A stretch of 64,000 nucleotides of DNA, from assembly GCA_963706025.1 (NCBI GenBank), contig CAVPLM010000014.1, positions 92,391 to 156,390 on the forward strand, read 5' to 3'. The DNA is from an uncultured Actinomycetes bacterium. Lineage in GTDB: Bacteria; Actinomycetota; Thermoleophilia; RBG-16-64-13. The notes below the pieces were generated by a model. The model did not search any database, had not been told where the DNA came from, and saw only the letters and a list, made by a program, of their open reading frames with translations. This document shows, piece by piece, positions 34,048 through 45,683 of the stretch. The first letter of the stretch is position 1; the number at the start of each line of letters is the position of its first letter. A program made the translations under genes and the position numbers.

Positions 34048-35391
34048 ATGACCGGATTCCTGGTCCTGGGTGCGCTCGTCGTGGTGTATGCGCTGGCGGC
34101 GGCACGAATCGAATACTTGCACATAACCGGCCCCATCGTCTTCGTGGTGGTGGGCTTCATTCTCGGCTCCGGCGGGACATCCGTGATCGAGCTTGGAACG
34201 GGCTCTGAGATCGTGCGCGTGACTGCCTCCGTCACCCTTGCCCTGCTGCTGTTCTCGGATGCGGCGACCATCAAGCCCCGCGTCGTGGCCCAAGACGCGG
34301 GGATCATCACTCGTCTCCTGATGCTTGGTCTGCCGCTGACGATCGCACTGGGCTCGGGGGTCGCATGGCTTGTAGTGCCTGCTCTGAGCATAGGAGTGTG
34401 TGCACTGCTGGCTTCCATCCTGGCGCCGACCGATCTCTCTCTTGGTCTCGCCATGTTCAAGAATCCTCGGGTACCGGAAGTGGTAAGGGGAGCCATCAAT
34501 GTAGAGAGCGGGTTGAACGATGGCATCGCTGCTCCTCTGGTCACCCTGTTCATCGGGGTGGCGGTAGCCGAATTCGAGCACGTGAGCAGTCCGGCTGTGG
34601 AAGCGATCGTCGAGATCGCCATCGGTGTCGGGGTCGGCGGGGCCATCGGAGTCGTCGGGGGGTTGCTGCTTCGTCTCTCCCGGCGCGCCCACTGGTCTTC
34701 GGTAGCCTCCCGCCAATTCGCCGCGTTGGCTCTGGTCATTCTGGCGTATGGGGTGGCCGTGGTGATACATGGCAATGGTTTCATCGCCGCCTTCGTTGGA
34801 GGATTGGCCTTCGGGATGATGGCCCGCGAGGCCGCTCACGAGGCCGTGGAGTTCTCAGAGAGGGCGGGCACCCTACTCACGTTCGCCGTCTGGTTCATCT
34901 TCGGCACTGCGGTGGCCCCTGTCATCATTTCCGAAGGACTCTCCTGGAGACCCATCCTGTACGCGGTGCTCAGCCTGACCTTCGTCCGCATGGTGCCGGT
35001 GGCGTTGTCCCTTCTGGGAAAGAAGCTGCATGGCTCGACGTTGCTCTTTGTGGGATGGTTCGGGCCGAGGGGACTGGCCAGCGTGGTGTTCCTGATCCTT
35101 GCGCTCCAGGGGTTGAAAGAGGCCGGGATGGACACGACGCTCCTGGCCACTACGGCCGGTTGGACCATCTTATTGAGCGTCATCCTGCATGGGATATCGG
35201 CCGGCCCTGTCGCCGCCTGGTACGGCGCCCGGGTCCAGAAGTTCGCGCCCGACAGCCCGGAGTTGGAGCCTACTACCAAGTCGCTGTGCGACACGGGCTC
35301 GCGATGCCGACATCGTCTCATCAGGAGGACTAGCCGTCCGCTCTCCAGAACGCGTTTTCTTTCTACGCCGCCGCGGTATTCAAGAAGTTGA
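34048..35391 (+). CDS. Cation:proton antiporter (CPA1/NhaP)
   Basis: LAPTD, ESGLNDG and WFGPRGLAS. Confidence 0.9.
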   Translation: MTGFLVLGALVVVYALAAARIEYLHITGPIVFVVVGFILGSGGTSVIELGTGSEIVRVTASVTLALLLFSDAATIKPRVVAQDAGIITRLLMLGLPLTIALGSGVAWLVVPALSIGVCALLASILAPTDLSLGLAMFKNPRVPEVVRGAINVESGLNDGIAAPLVTLFIGVAVAEFEHVSSPAVEAIVEIAIGVGVGGAIGVVGGLLLRLSRRAHWSSVASRQFAALALVILAYGVAVVIHGNGFIAAFVGGLAFGMMAREAAHEAVEFSERAGTLLTFAVWFIFGTAVAPVIISEGLSWRPILYAVLSLTFVRMVPVALSLLGKKLHGSTLLFVGWFGPRGLASVVFLILALQGLKEAGMDTTLLATTAGWTILLSVILHGISAGPVAAWYGARVQKFAPDSPELEPTTKSLCDTGSRCRHRLIRRTSRPLSRTRFLSTPPRYSRS

Positions 35392-35444
35392 CCGGATATC
35401 ATGACGCTGGTGGTGGTCAGCTACTAGGTCTCGAGGAGGTCCGC

Positions 35445-36276
35445 ATGTTCTTTCCGTCTTGGGGCTGGGATTCGGATTGGGGCTGGGGGTGGGGCTGGGT
35501 CGCCGCCGTCGGCGGGATCATCTTGCTGGGAATATTCCTGGTGCCCTGGTTCTTCTTCCTGCTCAACCTGCAGAACACGCTCAACAGGGTGAGCGATAGC
35601 AACCGAGCTATGCCGGCCGGGCACGTATGGCTCAACTTCATCCCCATATTCAACCTTGGCTGGTTCATCTACACCGTGACGAAGGTCAGGGACTCCGTGA
35701 AGGCCGAGTACCGATCGCGGAATTGGGCGCCGGAGGGGGACTTCGGCTACAACGTCGGTCTGGCCACCGGAGTGCTGGCCATCGTGTCTTTCTTCATGGG
35801 CTGGGTGCCGGTGTTGGGCTGGGCGGTGGGGATCGCCCAAGTGGTGTGCTGGATCATCTACTGGCTGAAGACGGCGGAGCTCAAGAACAGGCTGGGCGAG
35901 ACCGGCAGGTCGATAGGACCCGCGCCGTATGCCCCACCGTATCCCGGGTTCCCCGTGCCCCCGAGCGCCGCTGCCCCGGGGGTCGCGCAGCCGTATCCTC
36001 CTGCCACCGTGCCCCCGGTAGTCGCGGCCCCGATTCCGGCACTGTGGGGAGAAGAGCAGACCGGGGAAGCAGGGACGCCGGCTGAGATAGCGGGCGAGGT
36101 GACCGCGGGCGAGGCGCTTGCGGAAGCGCCGGCCGGGGAAGAAGTGGCCGGGGATGAAGGGGGTGCCCCGGAGTCAGCAGTCGCCGGGGGCGAGGTCAGT
36201 CTCTGTGCCGGCTGCGGTGCGGCGTACGACCTCCGGAGACAAGTTCTGCCGTACCTGCGGGCTGCCCCTGCCGTAG
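35445..36276 (+). CDS. Membrane protein with Pro-rich linker and C-terminal zinc ribbon (3' frameshift)
   Basis: Several TM segments; CAGC...KFCRTCG; RBS GAGGAGG. Confidence 0.7.
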
Positions 36277-36310
36277 GGTTGCCGGTGACGCGGACCGGCT
36301 GGAGCTTGGG

Positions 36311-37543
36311 TCACGAGTTGTCCCTCCAGCCGGACAACGCCAACGCGACGGCTCCGATCGCGGGAAAGGCCGCCAGCATGAGGTAACCGGCGGTGTAGCC
36401 CCACCCAGATGTCGCCGAAGCTCCCGAGCCGGCTCCCGCCGGCTCGGCTTCCCAGCGCGTCCAGCAGTAGGCCGAAGACCCACGGCGTCAACAGGCTGAT
36501 CGCGAAACCGACGACGTTGATGAACCCGGTGGCCGGACCCACGTGCTCGGGTCGTTTGACGACCTGTGGAACCAGCCCGAACATGGGGGAGAAGTAGGTC
36601 ATGGTGAAGAACCCGGCCAGCACCACGAACACGAAGACCAGCAAGAGGGCCGGCGTCACCGGGATCAGGGCCGTGGCCACGGTCATGGCTAGGAGCGAGC
36701 CGAATATCACCCAAAGCCTGCCCCGCCTCGCTGCCACCGCTGCTCCCAACGGGTTGGCGAACAACTGGGTCAGTCCCAGGCCGGCCGTGAGGTAGGCCGC
36801 CACACTGAGGCTGGAGCCGAACTTGACATGCAGGAACTCGGGGGTCCATACGAGGACCCCGACGCCGACCGCCAGCCCGGCGCCGTTAAACAGGCCCAGG
36901 AGCAGAACCCGCCGGTTGACCGCCACCGCGCCAAGGGCTCGAGTAAGTGCTCTGAAGCTGGTCGCACCTTCAGGATGTCGGGGCAAGGCTCGGATGGCTC
37001 TTTGCGAGAAGGCCGCCAGGCCCACTGCGAGTCCAAGCCCTGCAGTCAGGACGAACACCGCCCGATAGCCGCCCGCCTCTGCGACACTGGGCATGATCAG
37101 CAAGGCCACCATCACACCGACACCCCAGCCGGCTCCGAAGATGCCCCACGCCCGGTTGAGCCGTCGCGCCGATACCGTGTACGCCAGGACCGGACTGCAT
37201 GCAGGCACCACCATGCCGCCGCCCAGCCCCTGTAGTCCGCGTCCGACCAGGAAGCCTGCGAGCGATGCACTGAAGCCAAAGACCAGAGAGCCCACGATGA
37301 AGCAGGCGGCGCTCGCGGCCAGCACGCGTCCGCCCCAGCGAGCGGCCGCGACTCCCGCGGGGATACCGATACCTCCGTAGCAGAACAGGAACACCGATGT
37401 CAGAAGGCCGATCTGGGAAGCCGAGAGCGCGAAACGACTCTGCAGTTCCGGCGTTACCACCGGGAGCAGCGACAAGGTGACCGCAGACATGACGAAGAAG
37501 AACATCAACGATAGGGCCAGTAGGTCGGCCGCTCTGCCCTCAA
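36311..37543 (-). CDS. MFS transporter (3' frameshift; start approximate)
   Basis: About 12 TM segments; ARWGGR and GRGLQGLGGG. Confidence 0.85.
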
Positions 37544-37596
37544 GGCCCGACGGCGGACCCCATCGTCGCTCCTCGGCAGGCGGACCCGGCTTCGCC

Positions 37597-38715
37597 TCAG
37601 CCGACGAAGACACGCTGCGCCCGGGCGACGGACACATTGCAGGTGACCTCGTAGTTGATGGTCTCGGCCCAGCTCGCCACATCTTCAGCGCTCACCCGGC
37701 CCGTTCCCTCTTGGCCGATCAGCGTCACCGGATCTCCGGTCCTGACCCGGCAGTCGGTCCCGACATCCACTCCGAATGAGTCCATCGAAACTCGTCCTAC
37801 CATCGGGTATCGCCGCCCACCGATGACCACCTTGCCGCGATTGCCGAGCAGCCGGAAGACACCATCGCCGTACCCCACGGGAATGAGCGCCACATCGGTG
37901 TCGGTACGGGGCCGGAAGGTAAGGCCGTAACCGACGCCCTCGCCCGCGGCTACCCGCTTGACGAGTGCCACCTGGGTGGTCCAGGAGAGCGCGGGCCGCA
38001 GACCCTCGGCCTGGGCATCGCCCTGACCGGGAGAAAGACCATATACGGCGATCCCACAGCGCACCAGGTCGAGATGCGTATAGGGAAAGTACATGGTGGC
38101 GGCGCTGTTGGCGGCATGAACGACGGCTTGGGGCCACTCCGCTTTGACCATTTCCGCACAAGGCAGGAATCGATCCAATTGGAGATCGACCGAGGCGGGA
38201 TCCTCCGCGGCCGCGGCAAAATGAGTCATGACCCCCACGAGCTCAAGCTCGGCGATCCCGCGGATCGACTCCAAGAACGCCGGCACCTGTCTCGGGAACA
38301 ACCCCTCGCGGTTCATCCCGCTGTCGACCTTCAGGTGGACACGGGCTTCGAGCCCACATCCGGCCAGGCGTGGCACCAAGCGGGCCATGTCCTCGCTGAC
38401 CACGGCGAATTCCACCCCGCGGCCCGCCATCTCCCTGCACTGACCGAGATCGTAGAGAGGGCCCATCACGAGGATCGTCTGCTCGAAGCCCGCATCCCTG
38501 AGGGCCACCGCTTCCTCCGCGGTGGCGACGGCAGCCCCGGTCGCTCCGGCCTCGACGGCGGCCCGAGCGCACTCCAGAGCGCCGTGCCCGTATCCGTCGG
38601 CCTTGACGGCGGCCAGCAAGCAGACGCCCGGCTCCAGTTTCCTCATGAGAAAGCGTATGTTGTGGCGTACCGCGGCGAGGTCCACGGTGATGAGGCTGCG
38701 CGGCGAAGAGAGCAC
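37597..38715 (-). CDS. alr: Alanine racemase
   Basis: AVKADGYGHG PLP motif, HLKVDSGMNR, ANSA and GRVSMD. Confidence 0.95.
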   Translation of the reverse strand: MLSSPRSLITVDLAAVRHNIRFLMRKLEPGVCLLAAVKADGYGHGALECARAAVEAGATGAAVATAEEAVALRDAGFEQTILVMGPLYDLGQCREMAGRGVEFAVVSEDMARLVPRLAGCGLEARVHLKVDSGMNREGLFPRQVPAFLESIRGIAELELVGVMTHFAAAAEDPASVDLQLDRFLPCAEMVKAEWPQAVVHAANSAATMYFPYTHLDLVRCGIAVYGLSPGQGDAQAEGLRPALSWTTQVALVKRVAAGEGVGYGLTFRPRTDTDVALIPVGYGDGVFRLLGNRGKVVIGGRRYPMVGRVSMDSFGVDVGTDCRVRTGDPVTLIGQEGTGRVSAEDVASWAETINYEVTCNVSVARAQRVFVG

Positions 38716-38743
38716 GATCGTATGGGGTGGCGAGCCGTGGGGC

Positions 38744-39316
38744 TCAGAATGCGGGCGGTGTGATAGCGCTAATGATCACGGCCGTCCCTTTGCCTGGGTT
38801 GTATGAGTAGTGGGGCTGTCTCGCCCCGATATAGATACTGTCGCCCCGCTCCAGTCTGTAGGTCACATTGGCGACCTCTATGTCGACCTTTCCCTGGATG
38901 ACGACCACGCATTCCTCTCCGTCATGGGAGAAGATCTCACCTGTGCCTTGACCCGGCTCCAACTTCAATTCGAGCATCTCTATGCTGCGCTGGAGGTCGG
39001 GGGTGAGGAACTCGTAGCTGATGCCGGTCTTGTTGAAGGTCACGACCCGCCTCTCAGCCAACTTCACCACGGGTGGGGCGGTAGGCTCCGACTGGAAGAA
39101 GTAGAGCACCGGGACTTCGAGCGCCACAGAGATGCTTCTGAGGGTTGAGATCGACGGAGAGTTCCGGTCCCGCTCGACCTGACTGACGAAGCTCTTCGTG
39201 AGCCCGGTCGCGTCGGCCAGATCTTGGAGGGTCATGCCCAGCTGCAGCCGCCGTTTTCTGATACGTGCACCCAGCCCCCCCTCGTCGGGGGAGGAGGCGG
39301 TGTCGCTGGTATCCAT
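38744..39316 (-). CDS. XRE-cupin transcriptional regulator (PuuR-like)
   Basis: TLQDLADATGLTKSFVSQVER HTH plus HDGEE...GDSIY cupin. Confidence 0.9.
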   Translation of the reverse strand: MDTSDTASSPDEGGLGARIRKRRLQLGMTLQDLADATGLTKSFVSQVERDRNSPSISTLRSISVALEVPVLYFFQSEPTAPPVVKLAERRVVTFNKTGISYEFLTPDLQRSIEMLELKLEPGQGTGEIFSHDGEECVVVIQGKVDIEVANVTYRLERGDSIYIGARQPHYSYNPGKGTAVIISAITPPAF

Positions 39317-39327
39317 GTCCCAAAGTC

Positions 39328-40757
39328 CTACTTCAGGCCCGCCAGCAGTCGCAGGCACTCATCGATGGAAAGGTGTGTCTCGTCCGCCAAGTACTCTACC
39401 TCATCAGGGGACAATTCACGGTGGTCTCCGACGCCCGATCGCGCCAGTTGACCCCGCAGGTATGACGTGCGGATCCGCTGCAGGTCGATCTCGCCGTAGA
39501 CCACGTCCGCAGGCTCTTCGGGTATGGCGATGACCTTGCCGGGGATGTTCATAGACGCGGGCCCCCTGGTGACCGTGATCCCGTTGTCGCGGGCAAAGGT
39601 CAGCTGAGCCGTGGGGTGCTTGCCTGCTCCGGTGTATTCGGTCTCCTGTACCACGAGCACCTCTTCTCGAGGCATCTCCTGGGCCAGCTTGAACGCGGCC
39701 GTCAAAGAGGTGTTTCCGGCCGGGCCCCGTTCGAGCCCCTCGAGTTCGGCCAGGAGTTGCGTGATGTAGAACACGGCCCCCTGCTCGATCGTCACGTAGC
39801 GGTCGAGGAAACGCAGCGGCCTGGGCCGCGTTGTACGGTACGTCGGTACGGTCGGGATTGGTCAGGAAGGGCACTCCGAATCCGGTGTGCCCGGTGGTGA
39901 AGCTCTTCCGGTTGAAATCGTGGTCGCTGGCCATGTTCAACCCCCGCAGGTTCACGCTCGCGCCGATGACCTTGGTGTCGTGGCATGCGGCGGCTCGGAG
40001 TCCGAGCGCGGTGCCGGTCACGTTGCCTCCGCCGGCGTGGGTGACCACCACGGCAGTCGGGGCCCTGCCGGTGAGGTCCACGATCTCCGTGCCTACCTCG
40101 TAGCCCAAGGTCTGGATGCCGGCCACCGAGAACGGCGTGTACAGGGAGGCATTGAAATAGCCGGTCTCTTCCAACAAGCGCAGGTGGACGTAGAAGAGCT
40201 CCGGACCGACCGTCGTCTGCCACACCTCGGCCCCATAGGCCTCGCAGGCCCGGCCCTTTTCGATTATCTCCGGTTGCCCGACGCCGCGCGAATCGTAGAC
40301 CTCTTGAAGGACGATGCATCTCTGCCCCAACATCGCGGCCATCGCCGCCACGGCCGCGCCGTAGTTGCCTGAAGTGGCCGCTATCACGCCGGGGTAGCCC
40401 AGGCGCTTGGAGTGCCAGACAGACAGGCTGGCGCGCCGGGCCTTGAAGCTGCCCGACGCGTTGGCCGCCTCGTCCTTGACGAAGATGCGCGCGCCCATTC
40501 CAGGCGGCGCTAGGTGGCGGGCCAGACGGGTGAGGTTGCGGAGCTCCAGCATCGGGGTCTTGCCCACCTTGCAGCGTGCCTGGATCGCCGGCGATCTCCT
40601 CCAGGGAGTAGCCGGTGGAGGCCATGAACGCCTCGTAGTCGAACGACCAGCCTCCCGCGCCTGAACTGGTCGTAGTCGAGACCGACCGCGGTTTTCAGGA
40701 TCTCGCCTGGCGGCCCATGACGGCTTCGTAGGTCAGGTCGGCTGCGAGGGTGCTCAT
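39328..40757 (-). CDS. ortB: 2-amino-4-oxopentanoate thiolase beta subunit (frameshifted)
   Basis: KDEAANASGSFKARRA, ATSGNYGAA, GQPEIIEK, HAGGGN, EGLERGPAGN and QETEYTGAGKH. Confidence 0.9.
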
Positions 40758-41074
40758 CGATCCTCCTCGAGCGCGCGGAGCAGCGCCCGGGCCTCGCAAC
40801 CGGCTTCGATCAACTCTTGGATCGGTCCACCAAAACTCGTGGCCGTATTCGGGGTCCAGCCGCAGCACTTCACCCTCGATCCTCCGACCCAAGCAGCGTC
40901 TCCACGGTCACCCTCTGACCCACTTGCGGCTCTCCGTCGGCGAAGCCCTTGACCCTGACGTAGTAGGGAACTTTCCTGGTATCTTCGGGCATGTGCCCGG
41001 TGCGTTCGGATGGCTCCAATACCACGAAACCTATCTCGACCCACCGGCGGCTGCGGGCCTGCCGCGGATGACAT
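40754..41074 (-). CDS. ortA: 2-amino-4-oxopentanoate thiolase alpha subunit (compensating frameshifts)
   Basis: WVEI...LEPSERT.HMPEDTRKVP...VKGF; P.YGH.FG.PI.EL; overlaps the ortB start. Confidence 0.88.
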   Translation of the reverse strand: MSSAAGPQPPVGRDRFRGIGAIRTHRAHARRYQESSLLRQGQGLRRRRAASGSEGDRGDAAWVGGSRVKCCGWTPNTATSFGGPIQELIEAGCEARALLRALEEDR

Positions 41075-41083
41075 CGCCGGCTC

Positions 41084-42350
41084 CTAGTCGTCGGCCAGGA
41101 AGATCGCGGCGGCACCGGCGATATCGCCCACGGCTTTGAGGGCGTTGCCGTCGATCTTGTCGGCCGTGTCGTGGATAGAGTGGTAGTAGGGATCGTCCGG
41201 CTTCCAGAACCAGGCGGAGGGTACCCCGGCGGCGATGTAGCGGGCCTCTTCGGCCACCCCCCATTCGGCCGTCATGCGGCCCAGGTGATAGCCGAAGTCG
41301 CCGGCGATCTCCTCGAGCAGGACATTGAGCCATTCGGGGTGCGGGATGGGAGGCGCTGTCGGGCCACAACCCCATCTCGACCAGGTTGAGACGTCCGCCG
41401 ACCCCGATCATATCCAGGTTCAGCATGGCCCGGGTGCGGGCGATGAGGCCATCCCTGTGGTCGTTGACGAAAGTCCACGCTCCTTGGGTGACTCCCTCCT
41501 CGGCGGTGGAGGAGACGAAATAGAGATCACGTTTGTGCTCGAGGGTCGACAGAACTCGCGCGAGCTCCAGGAGTACACCCAAGCCGCTGCCGTTGTCGTT
41601 GGCGCCCGGCGCGATGCCGTTGTCGCGGTGCGCCTCCAGGAGTATGCAGGGCAGCGAGGGGTCGGACCCGGGGGAACGAGCGACGACGAAGGCGCTGTCC
41701 ACGTCCCCGAGCTCGGTGGCCACCCGAAGCACGACCTCGGCGCCGCCGCCGCCGCGACCCAGTTCATACATCAGCTCCTGCCCATCCACCGAGGAGATGC
41801 AGACGCAGGGCAGCTGCTCGCTGCAGAACCGGTTCTCGATACGGGAATTACCCGCCTCCATGGACATCCGGTAGGGCCAGGGCATCGGATGGACCACGAT
41901 CATCCCCACCGCTCCTCTGCGGGCCGCCTCGGCAGCGAACGTCCCCAACCAGAAGCGGGCGTAGCCGAGACCCCGTTCCTGGATGACGACGACCTTGCCG
42001 CGTACGTCGAGCCCCTCGATAGTCGCCGGGTTCTCCGGTTCCCGCGAAGACTAGCGGGGCGCGAATCCCCTCGGGAGGGGTGGAGGGAGAGAAGTAGGCG
42101 GATATGGCATCGAAGGTGCGATCGCCTAGGGAGAGAATGGACCCTCGATCGACGAAGCCGGGGACTCTGATGGGAGAGAGGCTGGTCTCCAACCCGAGTT
42201 CCTCGAATTCGCCCCTGACATATGCGATGGCTGCTCTGTCGCCTTCGGTCCCGACGAAGCGGTCGCCGAAAGCGCATAGCTTCTCGATGTGGTGTATGGC
42301 CCGCCGCCCTTGAAAAGATCTCGCACCCGCAGTTGCTTCAGGCTGAGCAC
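41084..42350 (-). CDS. M28 family peptidase with PA domain (frameshifted)
   Basis: AHRD, PGANDNGSG, AEE, LNLDMIG and YHSIHDT. Confidence 0.85.
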
Positions 42351-42528
42351 TGACTCCCCCTCGCCTAGAAGGTGAAGAACTCTGATGTCGGCCCGGTTGG
42401 CATAGACTTCCTGATTAACCTATGGTACATACAGTGAGTTAAAGGTACACTGATACGAGCGGAGCTGTCAACGTCGAGAGGGCGTGGCAGGTGACTTTGG
42501 GCCCTACCAGCCGCGGGGGTACGGCAGT

Positions 42529-44173
42529 TTGTACGACCTGGTGATCAGGAACGGCCGCATAGTGGACGGATCGGGGAGCCCTTGGTTCGTCGCCGACGTC
42601 GGCGTGCACGACGGCCGAATAGCACGGGTGGGCGTGATCGAGGGCGATGACGCCGAGAGAGTGATCGACGCCCGAGACCTTGTGGTCGCCCCCGGCTTCG
42701 TCGATATCCACAGTCACGCCGACTTCGTGCTGCCCGACCCACAGCACATGGATGTTCTAGGCCCGCTCATGCGCCAAGGGATCACTACCCTGGTGACCGG
42801 GAATTGCGGCCTTTCCGCTGCGCCTCTCGCTACCCGAGAACCTCCCGTTGCTGGCCGACTACACCACGTTCTTCCAGTCGGAGGGCTTCTGTTTCGATTG
42901 GACGAGCCTGGGCGAATACCTCGACGCGCTGTCGGAGCGAGGAGTCGGTTTCAACGTCGTGCCGCTCACCTCACATGGGGGGGTCCGCATAGCGGTGATG
43001 GGTTTCGCCGCCGGCGCGCCCAGCGATGAACAGACTGAAGCAGATGCAGGCGCTCGCGCGGCCAGAGCATGGAGGAGGGAGCTTTCGGGCTCTCCGCGGG
43101 CCTGGTGTACGCTCCAGGCATGTATGCCTCTACCGATGAGCTCATAGCAGTGACCGAGCCGCTCAAAGCCACGCGGGGCGTCTTCACGTGCCACGTGCGC
43201 GGTTCGAGCGAGACGGCACTGGAGGCGACCAAGGAGATCATCGAGATCGGCTGGGCGAACGGTATCCCGGTGGAGCACTCCCACATCGAGGCCTTCGGGG
43301 AGCCCTACTGGCCGAACATAGATAAGGTCATCGAGTTGCACGACGCTGCCCGAGCGGAGGGTCTGGACATCAGCTTCGACATCATCCCGTATACTACTGC
43401 CAACACCTTTCTCTCGGCCTGTTTCCCGCCCTATGCTTTGGAGGGGGGCATGGATAGGTTCGTCGAGCGGCTCAGCGACCGCACGGAGCGGGAGCGGCTC
43501 CGCAAAGACGTGGAGAGCATGGAGTCGGAGTGGCCCACGTGGAGGCCCGGCACCTGGCCTCATAATCTCGCTCGGGCCACCGGCTGGAAGAACATCAGAC
43601 TGCTGTGGGCTTCCAAAGCCCACAATTCGCAGTATATCGGCATGAGCTTAGCGGAGATCGGGGAAAAGCAGGGCAAGAGCCCGTTCGACGCGGCCGCCGA
43701 CCTCCTTATCGATGAGCACGGGGCGGTCCTCGCCCTGTATGCTGGGGTAAGCGGGGACTTCGACCACGACGAGGGACTGAAGAAGTTCATGAAGCACCCC
43801 AACGGAGCCTTCAACACCGATGCCATTCTCACCGGCCGCGGCATGCCGCACCCGGCAGCGTATGGGGCGTTCCCTCGGGTCCTGGGCCAATACGTGCGCG
43901 AGCAGGGGCTGCTGCCGCTCGAGGAAGCTGTGAGAAAGATGACCTCGCTTCCCTTGCGGCGCTTCAACGTCCAGGACCGGGGCCTGCTTCGGGAAGGCAT
44001 GTGGGCGGACATCACTATCTTCGACCCGGAGACTGTCTACGACAACTCCACGTATCTCGAGCCTGCGCAGAGCTCCATCTGGGATCGAGTACGTGGTCGT
44101 CAACGGCCAAGTGACGGTCGAGCACGGAAGTCTCACCGCCGCCGGGCTTGCAGGTCGTGTCCTAAGGCGCTGA
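42529..44173 (+). CDS. N-acyl-D-amino-acid deacylase (D-aminoacylase) family (frameshifted)
   Basis: PGFVDIHSHAD, GITTLVTGNCG, GLVYAPG, CHVR and HPAAYGAFPR. Confidence 0.9.
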
Positions 44174-44265
44174 GGGATTGGGGGCGGTGCGCTCTCGGAG
44201 GGGGTGACTATGGCGTTAGGTTCAGAAGAACTGAGTCGGTCGTACAAGAAGGATGGAGGGGAAGC

Positions 44266-45553
44266 ATGAAGAAGGTTGCACTATCATCGGGGTGGCTCTT
44301 CTCGTGGTCGCAGCTTGACGGGCTGTTATGCTCGTCGGCTGCGGCGAAGAGGAAACGACTACCACGGCGGCTCCGGCCGAGACGACGACGACGGCTACCG
44401 GCCGAGACCGACGACGACGGCGCCGGCCGAGACGACGACCACTGTCGCGGCGGGCGGCGGGACCATCAAGATCGGCGCTTTGCTCGACTTCACAGGACCT
44501 GTGGCCGAACTCGGCCCCATCTTCCAGGCCGGCATCGAAGCGGCACTGGAAGAAGTGAACTACATGGTCGCGGGCAAGAAGGTCGAGCTGATCATCGAGG
44601 ACTCGGCTACCTCGGTCGATACGGCCGTGGCCAAGGCCAAGAAGCTGGTCGAGCAAGACGGGGTCAAGATCATCATCGGCCCGCTGATGGGCGACGCTCA
44701 CCTGGCTCTCTCCCCATACTGCAAGGAGAAGGGCGTGATCATCACCTCGCTCATCAACGGGATGTGGGATACCGTGCAAAGACGAGACTACCTCATCTAT
44801 CCGACGACGGTCGATGCCCAGACCTATCCGTTCGGCACGTACTGCGTGGAGAAGCTGGGCTACAAGAAGGCCGTGGTAGTCCATGCCGATTACGCCGGCA
44901 AAGCAGGATACGCGGCCGGCTGGATGAACGGTTTCAAAGCTGCCGGCGGTGAAGTGATCCAGGTCATCCCCACGCCGGTGGGCTCCCCGGACTACAGCCG
45001 CGTTTATCACCAGCATGCAAGATGCCGACGCCGACGTCGTGATGTACGCCCTGGAAGGCCCGGGCGCGGTCAGCAAGTTCATCTATCAGTACAACCAGGC
45101 CGGTAAGAAGCTGCCGCTGGTGACCATCACCCAGGCAGACGACTACTCCCCACCGATGCTTCAGGAGGTCGGCGAGCTGGTGGTCGGGATCAAAGGTCAG
45201 TCGACCTACACCTGGAAACTCGACAACCCCGAGAACAAGGTATTCGTCGAAGAGCTATCATGCCCAAGTGGGACGGGATGCCGCCCATGCCCGAGCATCA
45301 GAATGCCTACACCCTGACCAAAGCCATCCTGGCCGGGCTTGAAGCGACCGGAGGCGATGACACCAAAGCCGTGCTGTTGGCTGCCATCATGGGCATGAAG
45401 ATGGACACTCCGGCCGGTCTGCTCATGGGAGCCGAATGGTATCGCCATCGCCACATGTATGTGACCACCGCCGAGAAGGTGGGGGACACGTACGAGATCT
45501 CCGCTCCGCTGGACACGGTAGAGGCGATCCGCGACCCGAGGGTGGCTCAGTAG
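44266..45553 (+). CDS. Branched-chain-type ABC substrate-binding lipoprotein (frameshifted)
   Basis: Lipobox LVGC, ETTTT repeats, IKIGALLDFTG and VELIIED. Confidence 0.87.
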
Positions 45554-45584
45554 ATCAAGCAACCGAGCGGAACGTCGGTAGACA

Positions 45585-45622
45585 CTGGGAAGAGCCCGGC
45601 CATCGGGCCGGGCTCTTCCCAG
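45585..45622 (+). terminator. 17-bp hairpin after the SBP gene (partial terminator or mRNA stabiliser)
   Basis: CTGGGAAGAGCCCGGCC-ATCG-GGCCGGGCTCTTCCCAG. Confidence 0.65.
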
Positions 45623-45683
45623 CCATGGCAGCTCTGGACGGCGACCGAGAGCGGACGCTCCTGCTGAGGAAGGCTTAGGGACA

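Noticed and set aside
32857-34839. Long antisense ORFs (660 aa here; also 16808-18127 and 6017-7294)
   Set aside because: Shadow ORFs opposite clear genes, typical of high-GC codon bias
44340-44450. Thr-rich tandem repeats (ETTTTAAPA) in the SBP N-terminus
   Set aside because: Ordinary lipoprotein linker; the same kind occurs at 16515-16600
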